DNA from: Myxococcota bacterium
Lineage (GTDB): Bacteria > Myxococcota_A > UBA9160 > PR03
NCBI GenBank assembly: GCA_041611735.1
Contig: JBFIML010000003.1
Location: 1-64,000 of the forward strand
Reading direction: 5' to 3'
DNA length: 64,000 nucleotides
Below, in pieces: positions 54,778-64,000 of the stretch. The position numbers were made by a program, and so were the translations under genes. Within the stretch, counting starts at the first letter, position 1; each line of letters starts with the position of its first letter. Under the pieces are notes generated by a model that saw only the letters and a list, made by a program, of their open reading frames with translations, ran no database searches and had not been told where the DNA came from.

Positions 54778-55479
54778 ATGAGCGATCGCGTCTGTGTGGT
54801 GACCGGCGTCGGGCCGGGCAACGGCGCAGCCCTGACCCGCCGCTTCGCGAGCGACGGCTACCGGGTGGCCATGCTGGCGCGCACCGCGCCCGCCCTAGAG
54901 GAGATCGCGCGCCAGGTCCCCGGCGCACGCGGCTATGCGACCGACGTCAGCGACGCCAGCGCCGTGGGCGAGACCTTCCGCCGCGTGCGCGAGGAGCTCG
55001 GCCCCGTCGAGGTGCTGATCCACAACGCCGGAAGCGGCGTCTTCGGCTCCTTCCTGGACGTGACGGCCGAGCAGCTCGAGGAGAGCTGGCGGACCAATGC
55101 GCTCGCCCTCTTCCTGTGCGGACGCGAGGGGGTGACCGACATGCTGGAGCGGGGTCGGGGAGCCATCGTGGCCATCGGCGCCACGGCCTCGTTGCGTGGC
55201 GGGCCCAACTTCGCGGCCTTCGCCCCCGCCAAGGCCGCCGAGCGCTCCCTGGCCCAGTCCATGGCCCGGCTGCTCGCGCCGAAAGGGATCCACGTCGCCC
55301 ACGTCGTGATCGACGGAGTGATCGACACGCCCCGCACGCGTCAGTTCTTCCGGGATCGCCCCGACGCGTTCTTCCTCCAGCCGCAAGCCATCGCGGAGAC
55401 GGTGTTCCAGCTGGTGCAGCAGGATCGCTCCTCCTGGAGCTTCGAGCTGGACGTTCGCCCCTTCGGCGAGAGCTGGTGA
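54778..55479 (+). CDS. Short-chain dehydrogenase/reductase
   Basis: TGVGPGNG, HNAG, GATASLRG, FAPAK (Phe at the catalytic Tyr position). Confidence 0.9.
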   Translation: MSDRVCVVTGVGPGNGAALTRRFASDGYRVAMLARTAPALEEIARQVPGARGYATDVSDASAVGETFRRVREELGPVEVLIHNAGSGVFGSFLDVTAEQLEESWRTNALALFLCGREGVTDMLERGRGAIVAIGATASLRGGPNFAAFAPAKAAERSLAQSMARLLAPKGIHVAHVVIDGVIDTPRTRQFFRDRPDAFFLQPQAIAETVFQLVQQDRSSWSFELDVRPFGESW

Positions 55480-55701
55480 CGGCGGGCAGCCCGACGCGCC
55501 GGTGCAGGAACGCGCAACTGGGTCGCCAGGCGCCGGAAGCGGCCCGAGTATCCGCAGCGCTCGCGGCCGGCCCGCTTTTTCCGGTGGGAAAGCACGGCGT
55601 CCGCGGATACGATGTTGGGTCCGATGGGGGAGGGAGCGACCCGGCGTTCGCGTTTGCCGTGGAGCCGCTGCCGCTGATCCGGAGACCGAGCTGAAGCGAG
55701 T

Positions 55702-56427
55702 ATGAGCATCGAGAACAACGGTCGCAGCCTGGCGATCCTGGGATTCCACAAGATCGGGAGCCCCCCGAAGGACTGGCCGAGCTGGTTCTACGTGCCCGAG
55801 GAGACCTTCGTCCGCTTCCTGGAGGAGCTCCGGGACGGCGGCTGGGAAGTGCTCGACGTCCCGCGCCTGCTCGCTGGCCTCGAGCGGCCGGAGGGTCTGC
55901 CGCAACGGGCGGCGCTGCTGACCTTCGACGACGGCTATCGCTCCATGCGAGACGTCACGCTGCCGTGTCTCCAGCGCTTCGGCCATCCCGGGGTGCTCTT
56001 CGTCCCCACCGACTACGTCGGCAGGCTCAACTGCTTCGATCGAGGCGTGGAGCCCGAAGAGGCGATCTGCGACTGGGAGGATCTGCGCGAGCTGCAGCGG
56101 GGAGGCGTCTCGATCCAATCCCACGCCGCCTCGCATCGGCGCCTCTCGGAGCTCGGCCCCGCGGAGCAGGACCACGAATTGATCCGCTCCAAGGCCGTGC
56201 TGGAGGAGCATCTGGGATCCCGCGTCGATACCATCGCGTTCCCCTACGGAGACCCGGGCCGGAGCCCGCAGGAGTCCGCGACCGCCCTGAAGGACGCCGG
56301 CTACCGGGCGGCTTTCCTGTACGGAGGCGGGACGCTGCGCCTGCCCGTTGCGGACCCCTACCGCCTGGCGCGCCTGGCCATGGGACCGGACACCGACCTG
56401 AAGGCGGCTCTGGAGGGGGCGCCATGA
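55702..56427 (+). CDS. Polysaccharide deacetylase (NodB/CE4)
   Basis: TFDDG, SHAASH, AFPYG. Confidence 0.92.
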   Translation: MSIENNGRSLAILGFHKIGSPPKDWPSWFYVPEETFVRFLEELRDGGWEVLDVPRLLAGLERPEGLPQRAALLTFDDGYRSMRDVTLPCLQRFGHPGVLFVPTDYVGRLNCFDRGVEPEEAICDWEDLRELQRGGVSIQSHAASHRRLSELGPAEQDHELIRSKAVLEEHLGSRVDTIAFPYGDPGRSPQESATALKDAGYRAAFLYGGGTLRLPVADPYRLARLAMGPDTDLKAALEGAP

Positions 56428-57587
56428 GTTCCCGGCTTCGCATCGTCGTCTCCGGCCTGATCGCGCAGTATCCCCTGGGCGGGGTCGCGTGGGACTACCT
56501 GCAGTACGTGGTCGGGCTGGCGCGCCTGGGTCACGACGTCTACTACCTGGAGGACACGGGACTCTGGCCGTACAACCCGGAAGAGGGAGGACTGGCCCGG
56601 GAGAGCACCTTCACCGTCGGGTACCTGGCCACCCTGATGTCGCGCTTCGGCCTCTCCGACCGCTGGGCGTACCGCTTCCCCCACAAGGAGCAGTGGTTCG
56701 GGCTCGAAGACGGCAAACGCGCCGAGGTCATCGCGTCCGCCGACCTGCTCGTCAATGTCTCCTCCGCACTCGCGCGCCCGTCCGAGTACCGCGCGGTGCG
56801 GAGGCTCGCCTACGTCGACACCGACCCCGTCTTCACCCAGGTCAAGCTCGCTCGCGGACAGCCGGACTTCCGCAAGCTGATCGACGAGCACGACGTGCTC
56901 TTCAGCTACGGCGAGTGCCTGTCCGACGCGGTTCCTGACACGGGAGACCGCTGGCTTCCCATGAGGAAGCCGATCCTGCTCTCGGAGTGGAATCCGGCGG
57001 CCCCCCGCCGCGAAGCCTTCACGACCGTCATGAACTGGACCTCCTACAAGGACGTCGTCTTCGAAGGCCAGACCTACGGCCAGAAGGACGTGGAGTTCAT
57101 GCGCTTCCTGGACCTGCCCGGCCTGGTGGCCCCGGCGCAGCTCGAGATGGCCGTGGGCATGGGAAAGACGCGGCGCGCTCCGGCGGATCTGCTTCGCGCC
57201 AAGGGCTGGCGGCTCGTGGACCCCATGGTCGTTTGCCCCGACCTCGACGGCTATCGCCGCTACATCGAGTCCTCCAAGGCCGAGTGGACCGTGGCCAAAC
57301 ACGGCTACGTGGTGGGCCGCGCCGGCTGGTTCAGCGGCCGCTCTGCCTGTTATCTGGCCGCCGGCCGCCCGGTGGTCGTCCAGGACACGGGCTTCGAGCC
57401 GGTGATTCCGGTCGGGGAGGGCATCCTGCAGTTCCAGAGCCTCGAGGAGGCCGCCGCCGCCGTGCGCGAGGTCGAGGGCGACTACGAGCGTCACGCCCGG
57501 GCCGCCCGGGCGGCGGCCGAGGAGTACTTCGACTCCTCCAAGGTGCTCGGCCGCTTGATCGACGCCGCGCTGGGTGGAGGCTCCTGA
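56424..57587 (+). CDS. Putative GT-B glycosyltransferase
   Basis: YPLGGVAWDYLQY, GHDVYYLED, DTDP, GWFSGRSACYLAAGRPVVVQDTG; ATGA overlap. Confidence 0.72.
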   Translation: MSSRLRIVVSGLIAQYPLGGVAWDYLQYVVGLARLGHDVYYLEDTGLWPYNPEEGGLARESTFTVGYLATLMSRFGLSDRWAYRFPHKEQWFGLEDGKRAEVIASADLLVNVSSALARPSEYRAVRRLAYVDTDPVFTQVKLARGQPDFRKLIDEHDVLFSYGECLSDAVPDTGDRWLPMRKPILLSEWNPAAPRREAFTTVMNWTSYKDVVFEGQTYGQKDVEFMRFLDLPGLVAPAQLEMAVGMGKTRRAPADLLRAKGWRLVDPMVVCPDLDGYRRYIESSKAEWTVAKHGYVVGRAGWFSGRSACYLAAGRPVVVQDTGFEPVIPVGEGILQFQSLEEAAAAVREVEGDYERHARAARAAAEEYFDSSKVLGRLIDAALGGGS

Positions 57588-59253
57588 GGGTGCGGAAGCC
57601 AGCCGGGGTGAGAGCCCGCGCGTGAAGTCGCGGCTCGGGGATCTCCTGAAGACCCTGGCGGCAACACTCGTGGTCTTCGCCGTCGCCGAGGTCGTGATCC
57701 GGGCGGCCTACTTCGTCCGCAACTCGGCGGCGGATTCGGTGCCCCTGCCCTACGTGATCGGGCACGGCTACGGCCCGCTCCCGCCGTGGCTGGACGATCT
57801 CCGCATCCTGGAGCCCGATGCAGGCCTGCTCTGGAGGAGCCGCCCGAATCTCCGCCGCAAGTACATCGACGTCTTCAGTCCGGTGCGAAACGAGGAGGAG
57901 CGGGTCCTCCTGCTGCGTCGCTTCCTGCCCAGGCTCCCGGCCGACCTGAGCGACAACCCGACCTGGGAGATCTCGCTCAACTCCGACGGATTCCGGGACG
58001 TGGAGTTCCGGGAGAAGGGACCGGCGAGGTCGTTCCGCATCCTCTGCCTGGGCGATTCGTGGACCTTCGGCGCGAACGTGGGCCAGGACCAGGCCTACCC
58101 GGCGCGGCTCGCTGCCCTGCTGCAGGGGGAGTTCCCGGAAGCCGGGTTCGAGGTGCTCAATCTGGGGGTCCTCGGATACTCGTCCTTCCAGGGCCTGGAG
58201 CTCCTGAAGCAGCGTATCGACGCCCTCGCACCCGATCTGGTCGTGATCGCGTACGCCATGAACGACTCGGCGGTGTCCGGCTGGCGCGACGAGGATGCCC
58301 GTGCCCGGCAGGGACCGCAGCGTCCCGGGACGGACCGGCTGGGCGCCGTGCTGGAGCACATCGAGTCCTACAAGCTGCTCCGCTATTGGGCTCTCGTGCT
58401 TCGATGGCGAGGCGAATCGCTCACCGATCATCTGCGGCGGACGACCGCCGCCGCCGCGAAGCCCCGGGAGGCCCTGGACTACGAGCAGCTCGCGCCCTGG
58501 ACGCGGGTCCCCGCCCCGGACTACCAGCGGAACGTCCGCGCCATGATCGATCTGGCCCGCAGCCGGGGTGCCGAAGCAATCCTGCTCTACAACCAGCTCT
58601 CTGCAGACGCCGGGGAGGTCGCAGGCATCGGCCGGGTGGGGCAGGTCAGTCCCCATCGGGCGGCACTCGGGGAGATTGCCCGACAGGAGCGCGTGCCCCT
58701 GGTGGACGGCAGCGTGCTGGTCGAGCGGGCCAGGCAGCGCATCGAGGAAGCGCTGGAGCGGAAGCTCGGCCTCCAACCGCCTCCACCGAGGCAGGCCGAG
58801 CCCGGCCAGGAGATCGAGGTGATCTTTCGCGTCTACACCGGGGATCGTCCGGTTCCCCAGGGCGTCTACGTCGCGGGAGCCCATCCGAAGCTCGGGGATG
58901 GCGTGCCGAACCGGGTGGCCCTGCACGACGACGGCACTCGCGGTGACCAGAAGGCCGGAGACGCGGTCTGGTCCCTCTCCGCCACGTTCTCACCGGGGAC
59001 GACGGCGTTCTACGTCTACACCAACAGCGGCAAGGAAGGAGAATGGGAGGGGCTCGACGTGCCGCATCTGAGGCGCCTCACGGTGGACGACAGGCATCGC
59101 CGGGGGCATGCACATCTCCCCATCGAAACGTTTGGCGAGATCCACATGCAGGCCGACGGCTGGCACACCAACGCAGAGGGCTACGAGCTGATCGCCCGGG
59201 CCGTGCTCGATGCGCTCAAGGGGCTCGAGAAGATCCGCGCTCATCTGCACTAG
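57574..59253 (+). CDS. Membrane-anchored SGNH/GDSL hydrolase with inserted domain
   Basis: LGDSWTFG, GYSS, YAMND, DGWH; insert with LHDDGTRGDQKAGDAVWS; start may be 57622. Confidence 0.82.
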   Translation: MEAPEGAEASRGESPRVKSRLGDLLKTLAATLVVFAVAEVVIRAAYFVRNSAADSVPLPYVIGHGYGPLPPWLDDLRILEPDAGLLWRSRPNLRRKYIDVFSPVRNEEERVLLLRRFLPRLPADLSDNPTWEISLNSDGFRDVEFREKGPARSFRILCLGDSWTFGANVGQDQAYPARLAALLQGEFPEAGFEVLNLGVLGYSSFQGLELLKQRIDALAPDLVVIAYAMNDSAVSGWRDEDARARQGPQRPGTDRLGAVLEHIESYKLLRYWALVLRWRGESLTDHLRRTTAAAAKPREALDYEQLAPWTRVPAPDYQRNVRAMIDLARSRGAEAILLYNQLSADAGEVAGIGRVGQVSPHRAALGEIARQERVPLVDGSVLVERARQRIEEALERKLGLQPPPPRQAEPGQEIEVIFRVYTGDRPVPQGVYVAGAHPKLGDGVPNRVALHDDGTRGDQKAGDAVWSLSATFSPGTTAFYVYTNSGKEGEWEGLDVPHLRRLTVDDRHRRGHAHLPIETFGEIHMQADGWHTNAEGYELIARAVLDALKGLEKIRAHLH

Positions 59254-60132
59254 ACCTCCCCGGCCATGCGGACAGATCGCGACCGATCAACGCGCCCAGC
59301 CCCTGGACGTCCTGCTCGAACTCGGCTTGCAGCCGCTCCCGAAGCTCCCGAGGTCAAGGCCGCGGTATTCAGCCTATCCACGCCCAACCGGTAGAACAAG
59401 CGCTGCTTGAGCCCCTGAAGGCGACGGGAGACCTTCTCGCTGGATCTCCACAGCTCGAGGTAGGCGCGCTCGACCGACTTGCTACGGGTCCTGCGTTGGA
59501 CGTTGTGCTTCACGACCCCGGGCGAAACCGATCGTTCACGCCGAGGAACCGGAGCACCTGCCCATAGGTGCGCGAGGTGTCGTCCCGAAGGTCTTCGGAC
59601 GGGACGATGTGAACCCTCTCGGGTCCGAACTCCCGGAGGAAACGCTCGACCTGACCGGCGTATCGGGCCACCGCGCGATACGAGACGTCGCGTCGGAACG
59701 ATCGCGAGCGCGTGCCTCGCGGCGAGATCTGCTGCGCGGCCTGGAGCTCCATGGCCGTGTAAAAGTCCTGGACCGCCTGGTGGCCGGCTACACGTGATGC
59801 GTGTGAAGCGAGAGCACCATGTCGACGGAGTTGCGCAACAGGATCAGGATCCGCGCGTCGGGAGAGAAGTCGCGGATCTGCTTGGCGGCGGTCTGCGAGT
59901 AGAGGTACCAGACCGACGCCTCGCCAGCGACACGCGCGCCACCCGCATGCTCGAACAGGGCGCGGGAGCGGCTCTCGTCGCGGAGGGAGGTCGGGTCGTA
60001 CGGATCGCTCCCGAAGAAGTGGGGCTCCTTCACGGGCGACATGAAGATCTCTTCATGGGCTGCCAGGTACCGGTACAGCGACGTGGTGCCGCAGCGGGGC
60101 GCGCCGACGAGGAAGAGATTCGGTACTGTCAC
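59250..60132 (-). pseudogene. Sulfotransferase pseudogene with at least three frameshifts
   Basis: PNLFLVGAPRCGTTSL, KEPHFF, GEASVWY, LRNSVD / YAGQVERFLREFG...FLGV / KHNV / LRERLQAEFEQDVQGLGALIGRDLSAW lie in successive different frames. Confidence 0.85.
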
Positions 60133-60675
60133 GCCCCTTCCGATCGCCGTCCGGACGGGCCGCCAGTTCGGGCGCGTCACGAAGCAAGCGTCCCGACGGA
60201 AGGGAACCGCGCATTCCCCCGGGCTGCCAGTCGATCCAGGGGGTGTCGAAGCAAGCGGAGCAAGGGGTCCAGCGGTGGGCAGCGAACAGGCAACTCGTTC
60301 CACAATCGGCGGAAGACTGGCGGGTTTTCGGCCTCCGGCCGTCGGGATCGGCGTCACGGAGTCGCATGGGATCGGCACCTTTTAGGGGCTGCAAACGCTG
60401 TTTGAGCAGTATACGATGGGATCCCCACGGGCGACGGGCTGAAGCCGCCCACCAGCCGGAGAATCGGGAGGTCGGGCCCGAGGATCCAAGGTTCGGATGC
60501 CGTGGGGCGTCCCCGAGTGGAGCCGAACATCTGCTGCGCTGAGTCGGAGACCGAGCTCGAGTCACGGGTCACCAGGTTGCGGGGCTCGCCCCAGGCGGCG
60601 ACTGCGCCCGAAGCGACCTCCCCGGCGACGTTCACCCAGGACAGACCGAATCGCGGTTGGAGCAAGTGAGGAAGC

Positions 60676-63300
60676 ATGGCTGAGGAGATCCTGGCAGCGG
60701 CCAACGCCCTGACACGGACGAGTCGCCCGCGTGGCGCGCGCACCACCGCAGCTCCCGTCCACCCGTCCCTGCTCCGGCCGCGGGCCGAGGGGAAGTTCCT
60801 GTGGCTGGGGCAGGAGAAGTTCTTCGTTCGCGGGGTGACGTACGGAGCGTTCCCGCCCAACGCCCGGGGCCATCAGTTTCCGGACCCTGCGCAGGTGGAC
60901 AAGGACTTCGCCCTCATGCAGGAGGCCGGGATCAATTCGGTCCTGACCTACACGGTCCCGCCCCCGTCGCTGCTGGACCAGGCCCAGCAGAACGGCCTGC
61001 GCCTGATCGTCAACATTCCGTGGATGGGCCACGTCTGCTTCCTGGAGCAGGCCACCACACGCCGAGACGCCCGCCGTGCGGTGCGGGAGGCCGTTTCAGC
61101 CTGTCGCGACCACCCGGGCGTTCTCATGTATGCGGTGGCGAAGGAGCTTCCGCCCCAGATCATCCGCTGGCACGGCAAGAAGAAGGTCGAGACGTTCCTC
61201 CGGGACCTGTACCACGTCGCCAAGGACGAGGACCCGGACAGCCTGGTGACCTACACGAATTTCCCCACGACGGAGTACCTGGAGCTTCCGTTCGTAGACG
61301 TCTACACCTTCAACGTCTACCTGCACCAGCGCCCACAGTTCTGTGCCTATCTCTCGCGGCTGCAGCACCTGGCGGGAGAATTGCCGCTGGTGCTCACCGA
61401 GCTGGGGATGTGCAGCTTCCGCCACGGGCGCGAGGGACAGGCCGAGTTCCTGCGCTGGCAGACGGAGGAGGCCTTCGATCACGGTCTGGCCGGGTCGGTG
61501 GTGTTCAGCTGGACGGATCCCTTCTTCCAGGACGGCTGCCTGGTCGACGAATGGGGCTTCGGGCTGGTGGACGCCGAGCGTCAGCCGAAGCCCTCCTACG
61601 ACGTGATCCGTCGCCGTTTCGCCACCAGCGTGCCCTTCGCTCCGGAGAAGCGCTGGCCCAAGGTGTCGGTCGTCGTCGCCCTGTACAATGCGGAGAAGAC
61701 GATCGACGAGTGTCTGGCCTCCCTGACCAAGCTGAACTATCCCGATTACGAGGTGATCGTCGTGAACGACGGCTCCACGGACGGGAGCCAGGCGATCATC
61801 GACCGCTATCCGTTCCATTGCATCTCGGGCGCCAACGGGGGCGTGAGCGCCGCCCGCAATCGGGGCTTGCGGGCCGCCACGGGGGAGATCGTCGCGTACA
61901 TCGACTCGGATGCCTACGCCGACCCGGACTGGCTGCGCTACCTGGCCACGACCTTCCTGGAGTCGGACGTGGCGGGAGTCGGGGGTCCGAACCTGGTGCC
62001 GCCGGCGGACAACTGGGTGGCCAAGTGCGTCTACCGCTCCCCGGGAGGTCCCACCCAGGTGATGCTGGACGACAAGTCGGCGGAGCACATTCCCGGCTGC
62101 AACATGGCCTTCTGGAAGTGGGCACTGGAGGAGATCGGTGGATTCGACCCGATCTTCACTGCCGCGGGCGACGACGTGGACGTGTGCTGGCGGTTGCTCG
62201 AGCGCAACTACCGGCTGGGCTTCAGTCCCTCGGCCGTGGTCTGGCACCACCGCCGGCCCTCCCTGCGCGCCTACTGGCGCCAGCAGGTGGGCTACGGCAA
62301 GGCCGAATCCCTGCTGGAGCGCAGGCACCCCAGCAAATTCAACCCCTGGGGCCACACCTACTGGGGGGGGACGATCTACGCTCCCTACCCCCAGTTCCGA
62401 CTGCTCGGCCGACCCGTGATCTACCAGGGCCTGTGGGGAACCGCTCCCTTCCAGTCCATGTACCATCCCGGGGGCGGCGGGGTGTTGAGCTTCCTCCCCC
62501 GCGCCATGGAGATGCACGTGACCCTGGCCGTGCTCGTCGCGGTCTCCGTGGTGTTTCCGTGGGCGCTGGCCGCGGTGGGACTGGCCGTGGGCTACATCGC
62601 CTTCTACTGCGCCGTATGCGGCCGCAGCGCCAACCTGGACGTGCTGGCGCAGCGGCCCGAGCGCGCCAGCTGGATGCAGCGGCTCAAGTGGCGCGCCACC
62701 ATCAGCTGGCTGCACTTCCTGGAGCCGCTGGCCCGGGACTGGGGCCGCCTGAAGGGCGGCCTGACCCCGTGGCGACCCGCGCTGGCGGGCGATCCGGACC
62801 ACCCGCGGCGGACGACGACCCCCTGGTGGCGGCGCCTGCAACCGTTGCGGCGCACGCTGAAGTGGTCCTATCCGGGAGACATGAGCCTGGAGAAGAACGG
62901 CATCCTGGAACGCCTCACCGGGCTCTTCACCCGAGGGGGCTGCGCCGTGGGGTGGAACTCCGACTTCCAGCCCTGGGACCTGAAGCTTCGCCGCGGCGCC
63001 CTGGGCGAGGCCTGGCTCCGCATGGTGGTCGAGCACCATGGCGGCCCCCGGCGGCTGGCCCGCTTCTCCGCCGACATCCGACCCAGCCCGGCGATCTCCT
63101 GGGCCCTGGGCATCGCGGCCCTGGGCGCTGGTGCCACCGCGGCCCTGGGGCTTCTCCTGCCCAGCGCCGCGTTCACCGCGCTGCTCGGCTTCCTCTGGAT
63201 CACCCCCATCCGAGAGGCCAACCGCCTGGAGAGCGGGATGCGGGCCGCGACGGACGACGTCTGCGCCAGGGCGTTCGAAGGAACTTCGGAGACGACCTGA
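60676..63300 (+). CDS. GH2-like TIM-barrel + GT2 glycosyltransferase fusion with C-terminal TMs
   Basis: RGVTYG, FNVY, TELG, FSWTD, WGFGL; GT2 VNDGSTD, YIDSD, GCNM, GDDVD, QQVGY. Confidence 0.88.
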   Translation: MAEEILAAANALTRTSRPRGARTTAAPVHPSLLRPRAEGKFLWLGQEKFFVRGVTYGAFPPNARGHQFPDPAQVDKDFALMQEAGINSVLTYTVPPPSLLDQAQQNGLRLIVNIPWMGHVCFLEQATTRRDARRAVREAVSACRDHPGVLMYAVAKELPPQIIRWHGKKKVETFLRDLYHVAKDEDPDSLVTYTNFPTTEYLELPFVDVYTFNVYLHQRPQFCAYLSRLQHLAGELPLVLTELGMCSFRHGREGQAEFLRWQTEEAFDHGLAGSVVFSWTDPFFQDGCLVDEWGFGLVDAERQPKPSYDVIRRRFATSVPFAPEKRWPKVSVVVALYNAEKTIDECLASLTKLNYPDYEVIVVNDGSTDGSQAIIDRYPFHCISGANGGVSAARNRGLRAATGEIVAYIDSDAYADPDWLRYLATTFLESDVAGVGGPNLVPPADNWVAKCVYRSPGGPTQVMLDDKSAEHIPGCNMAFWKWALEEIGGFDPIFTAAGDDVDVCWRLLERNYRLGFSPSAVVWHHRRPSLRAYWRQQVGYGKAESLLERRHPSKFNPWGHTYWGGTIYAPYPQFRLLGRPVIYQGLWGTAPFQSMYHPGGGGVLSFLPRAMEMHVTLAVLVAVSVVFPWALAAVGLAVGYIAFYCAVCGRSANLDVLAQRPERASWMQRLKWRATISWLHFLEPLARDWGRLKGGLTPWRPALAGDPDHPRRTTTPWWRRLQPLRRTLKWSYPGDMSLEKNGILERLTGLFTRGGCAVGWNSDFQPWDLKLRRGALGEAWLRMVVEHHGGPRRLARFSADIRPSPAISWALGIAALGAGATAALGLLLPSAAFTALLGFLWITPIREANRLESGMRAATDDVCARAFEGTSETT

Positions 63301-63322
63301 TCGCTCCCGGAAGTCGAGGCCC

Positions 63323-64000
63323 ATGGCGACGCGCCAGCACAGCGATCTCCAGATCTATCGACGCCTGCTGATGCAGGCGCGGCCCTACTGGCCGCACATC
63401 GGCGGCATCCTGGTCCTCAGCCTGCTCTCGACCCCGCTGGCGCTCCTGAACCCGCTGCCCCTCAAGATCGTCGTGGACAGCGCACTGGGCTCGCACCCCC
63501 TGCCGGGCGTGCTGGCGACCCTGGTGCCGGCCTCCGTGTCGGAGTCGCCCTCCGGGGTGCTGTTCTTCGCCGTCTTCTTCCTGATCGCCATCACCGTTCT
63601 CGCCTACCTGCGCGGCTTCGCAAGCATCCTGCTCGAAACCTTCACGGGAGAGCGGCTCGTGCTGGCCTTCCGGGCCGAGCTCTTCCAGCACGGCCAACGC
63701 CTCTCCCTCGCCTACCACGACCGGAAGGGCGCGACCGACTCCGTCTACCGCATCCAGCACGACGCTCCCGCCATCCAGTGGGTCGCCGTCCAGGGGGTGA
63801 TTCCGTTCCTGACGGCGGCCTTCACCGTGCTCGGCATGGCAGCCATCACGGCCCGGATCGACTGGCAGCTCGCCCTGGTGGCGATCCTGGTTGCTCCCGT
63901 CTTGCTCGGAGTCACGCAGATCTTCCGTCGGCGGATCCGCAGTGAGTGGTCGAAGGTGAAGGCAATCGAGAGCTCCACCATGAGCGGGGTGCAGGAGGCC
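63323..64000 (+). CDS. ABC exporter (fused permease/ATPase type), N-terminal TM domain; runs off the right edge
   Basis: ATG 63323 after GAGG: MATRQHSDLQIYRRLL...PLPLKIVVDS...FRAELFQHGQRLSLAYHD...D...DWQLALV; open to the window end. Confidence 0.88.
   Translation, partial: MATRQHSDLQIYRRLLMQARPYWPHIGGILVLSLLSTPLALLNPLPLKIVVDSALGSHPLPGVLATLVPASVSESPSGVLFFAVFFLIAITVLAYLRGFASILLETFTGERLVLAFRAELFQHGQRLSLAYHDRKGATDSVYRIQHDAPAIQWVAVQGVIPFLTAAFTVLGMAAITARIDWQLALVAILVAPVLLGVTQIFRRRIRSEWSKVKAIESSTMSGVQEA

Noticed and set aside
60180-60258. Direct repeat CGAAGCAAGCG twice upstream of the pseudogene
   Set aside because: Only two 11-nt copies with no GG-N10-GC geometry; too little support for a regulatory call.

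Overview
Very GC-rich bacterial chromosomal window (roughly 70% or more by eye) with about 60 densely packed genes. Gene content suggests a Myxococcota/deltaproteobacterium-like organism; this is inference. It carries many lipid and hydrolase genes: two tandem WS/DGATs, PlsB, an acyl-CoA dehydrogenase, a ceramidase-like protein, several alpha/beta hydrolases and a carotenoid oxygenase N-terminus at the left edge. Housekeeping genes include arfB, pdxH, fused trpE(G), asd, polX and a Ski2-like helicase. It also has a type IV pilin, transporters and the start of an uncharacterised glycan locus at the right edge. No rRNA, tRNA, CRISPR array or transposase was seen. The main signals outside the ORF track are: (1) a Trp-Trp leader peptide with attenuator hairpins upstream of trpE(G); (2) an ECF sigma/anti-sigma pair sandwiched between two Zn-ribbon-PspC paralogues behind a SigW-like promoter; (3) a MITE-like element family anchored on CTAG stop codons; (4) two related long hairpins flanking a Coq4-like gene; (5) a sigma-54 promoter before the pilin; (6) several apparently leaderless genes; (7) a probable ACG start codon; (8) a sulfotransferase pseudogene with three frameshifts. 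All family calls come from motifs read by eye, not from database searches.
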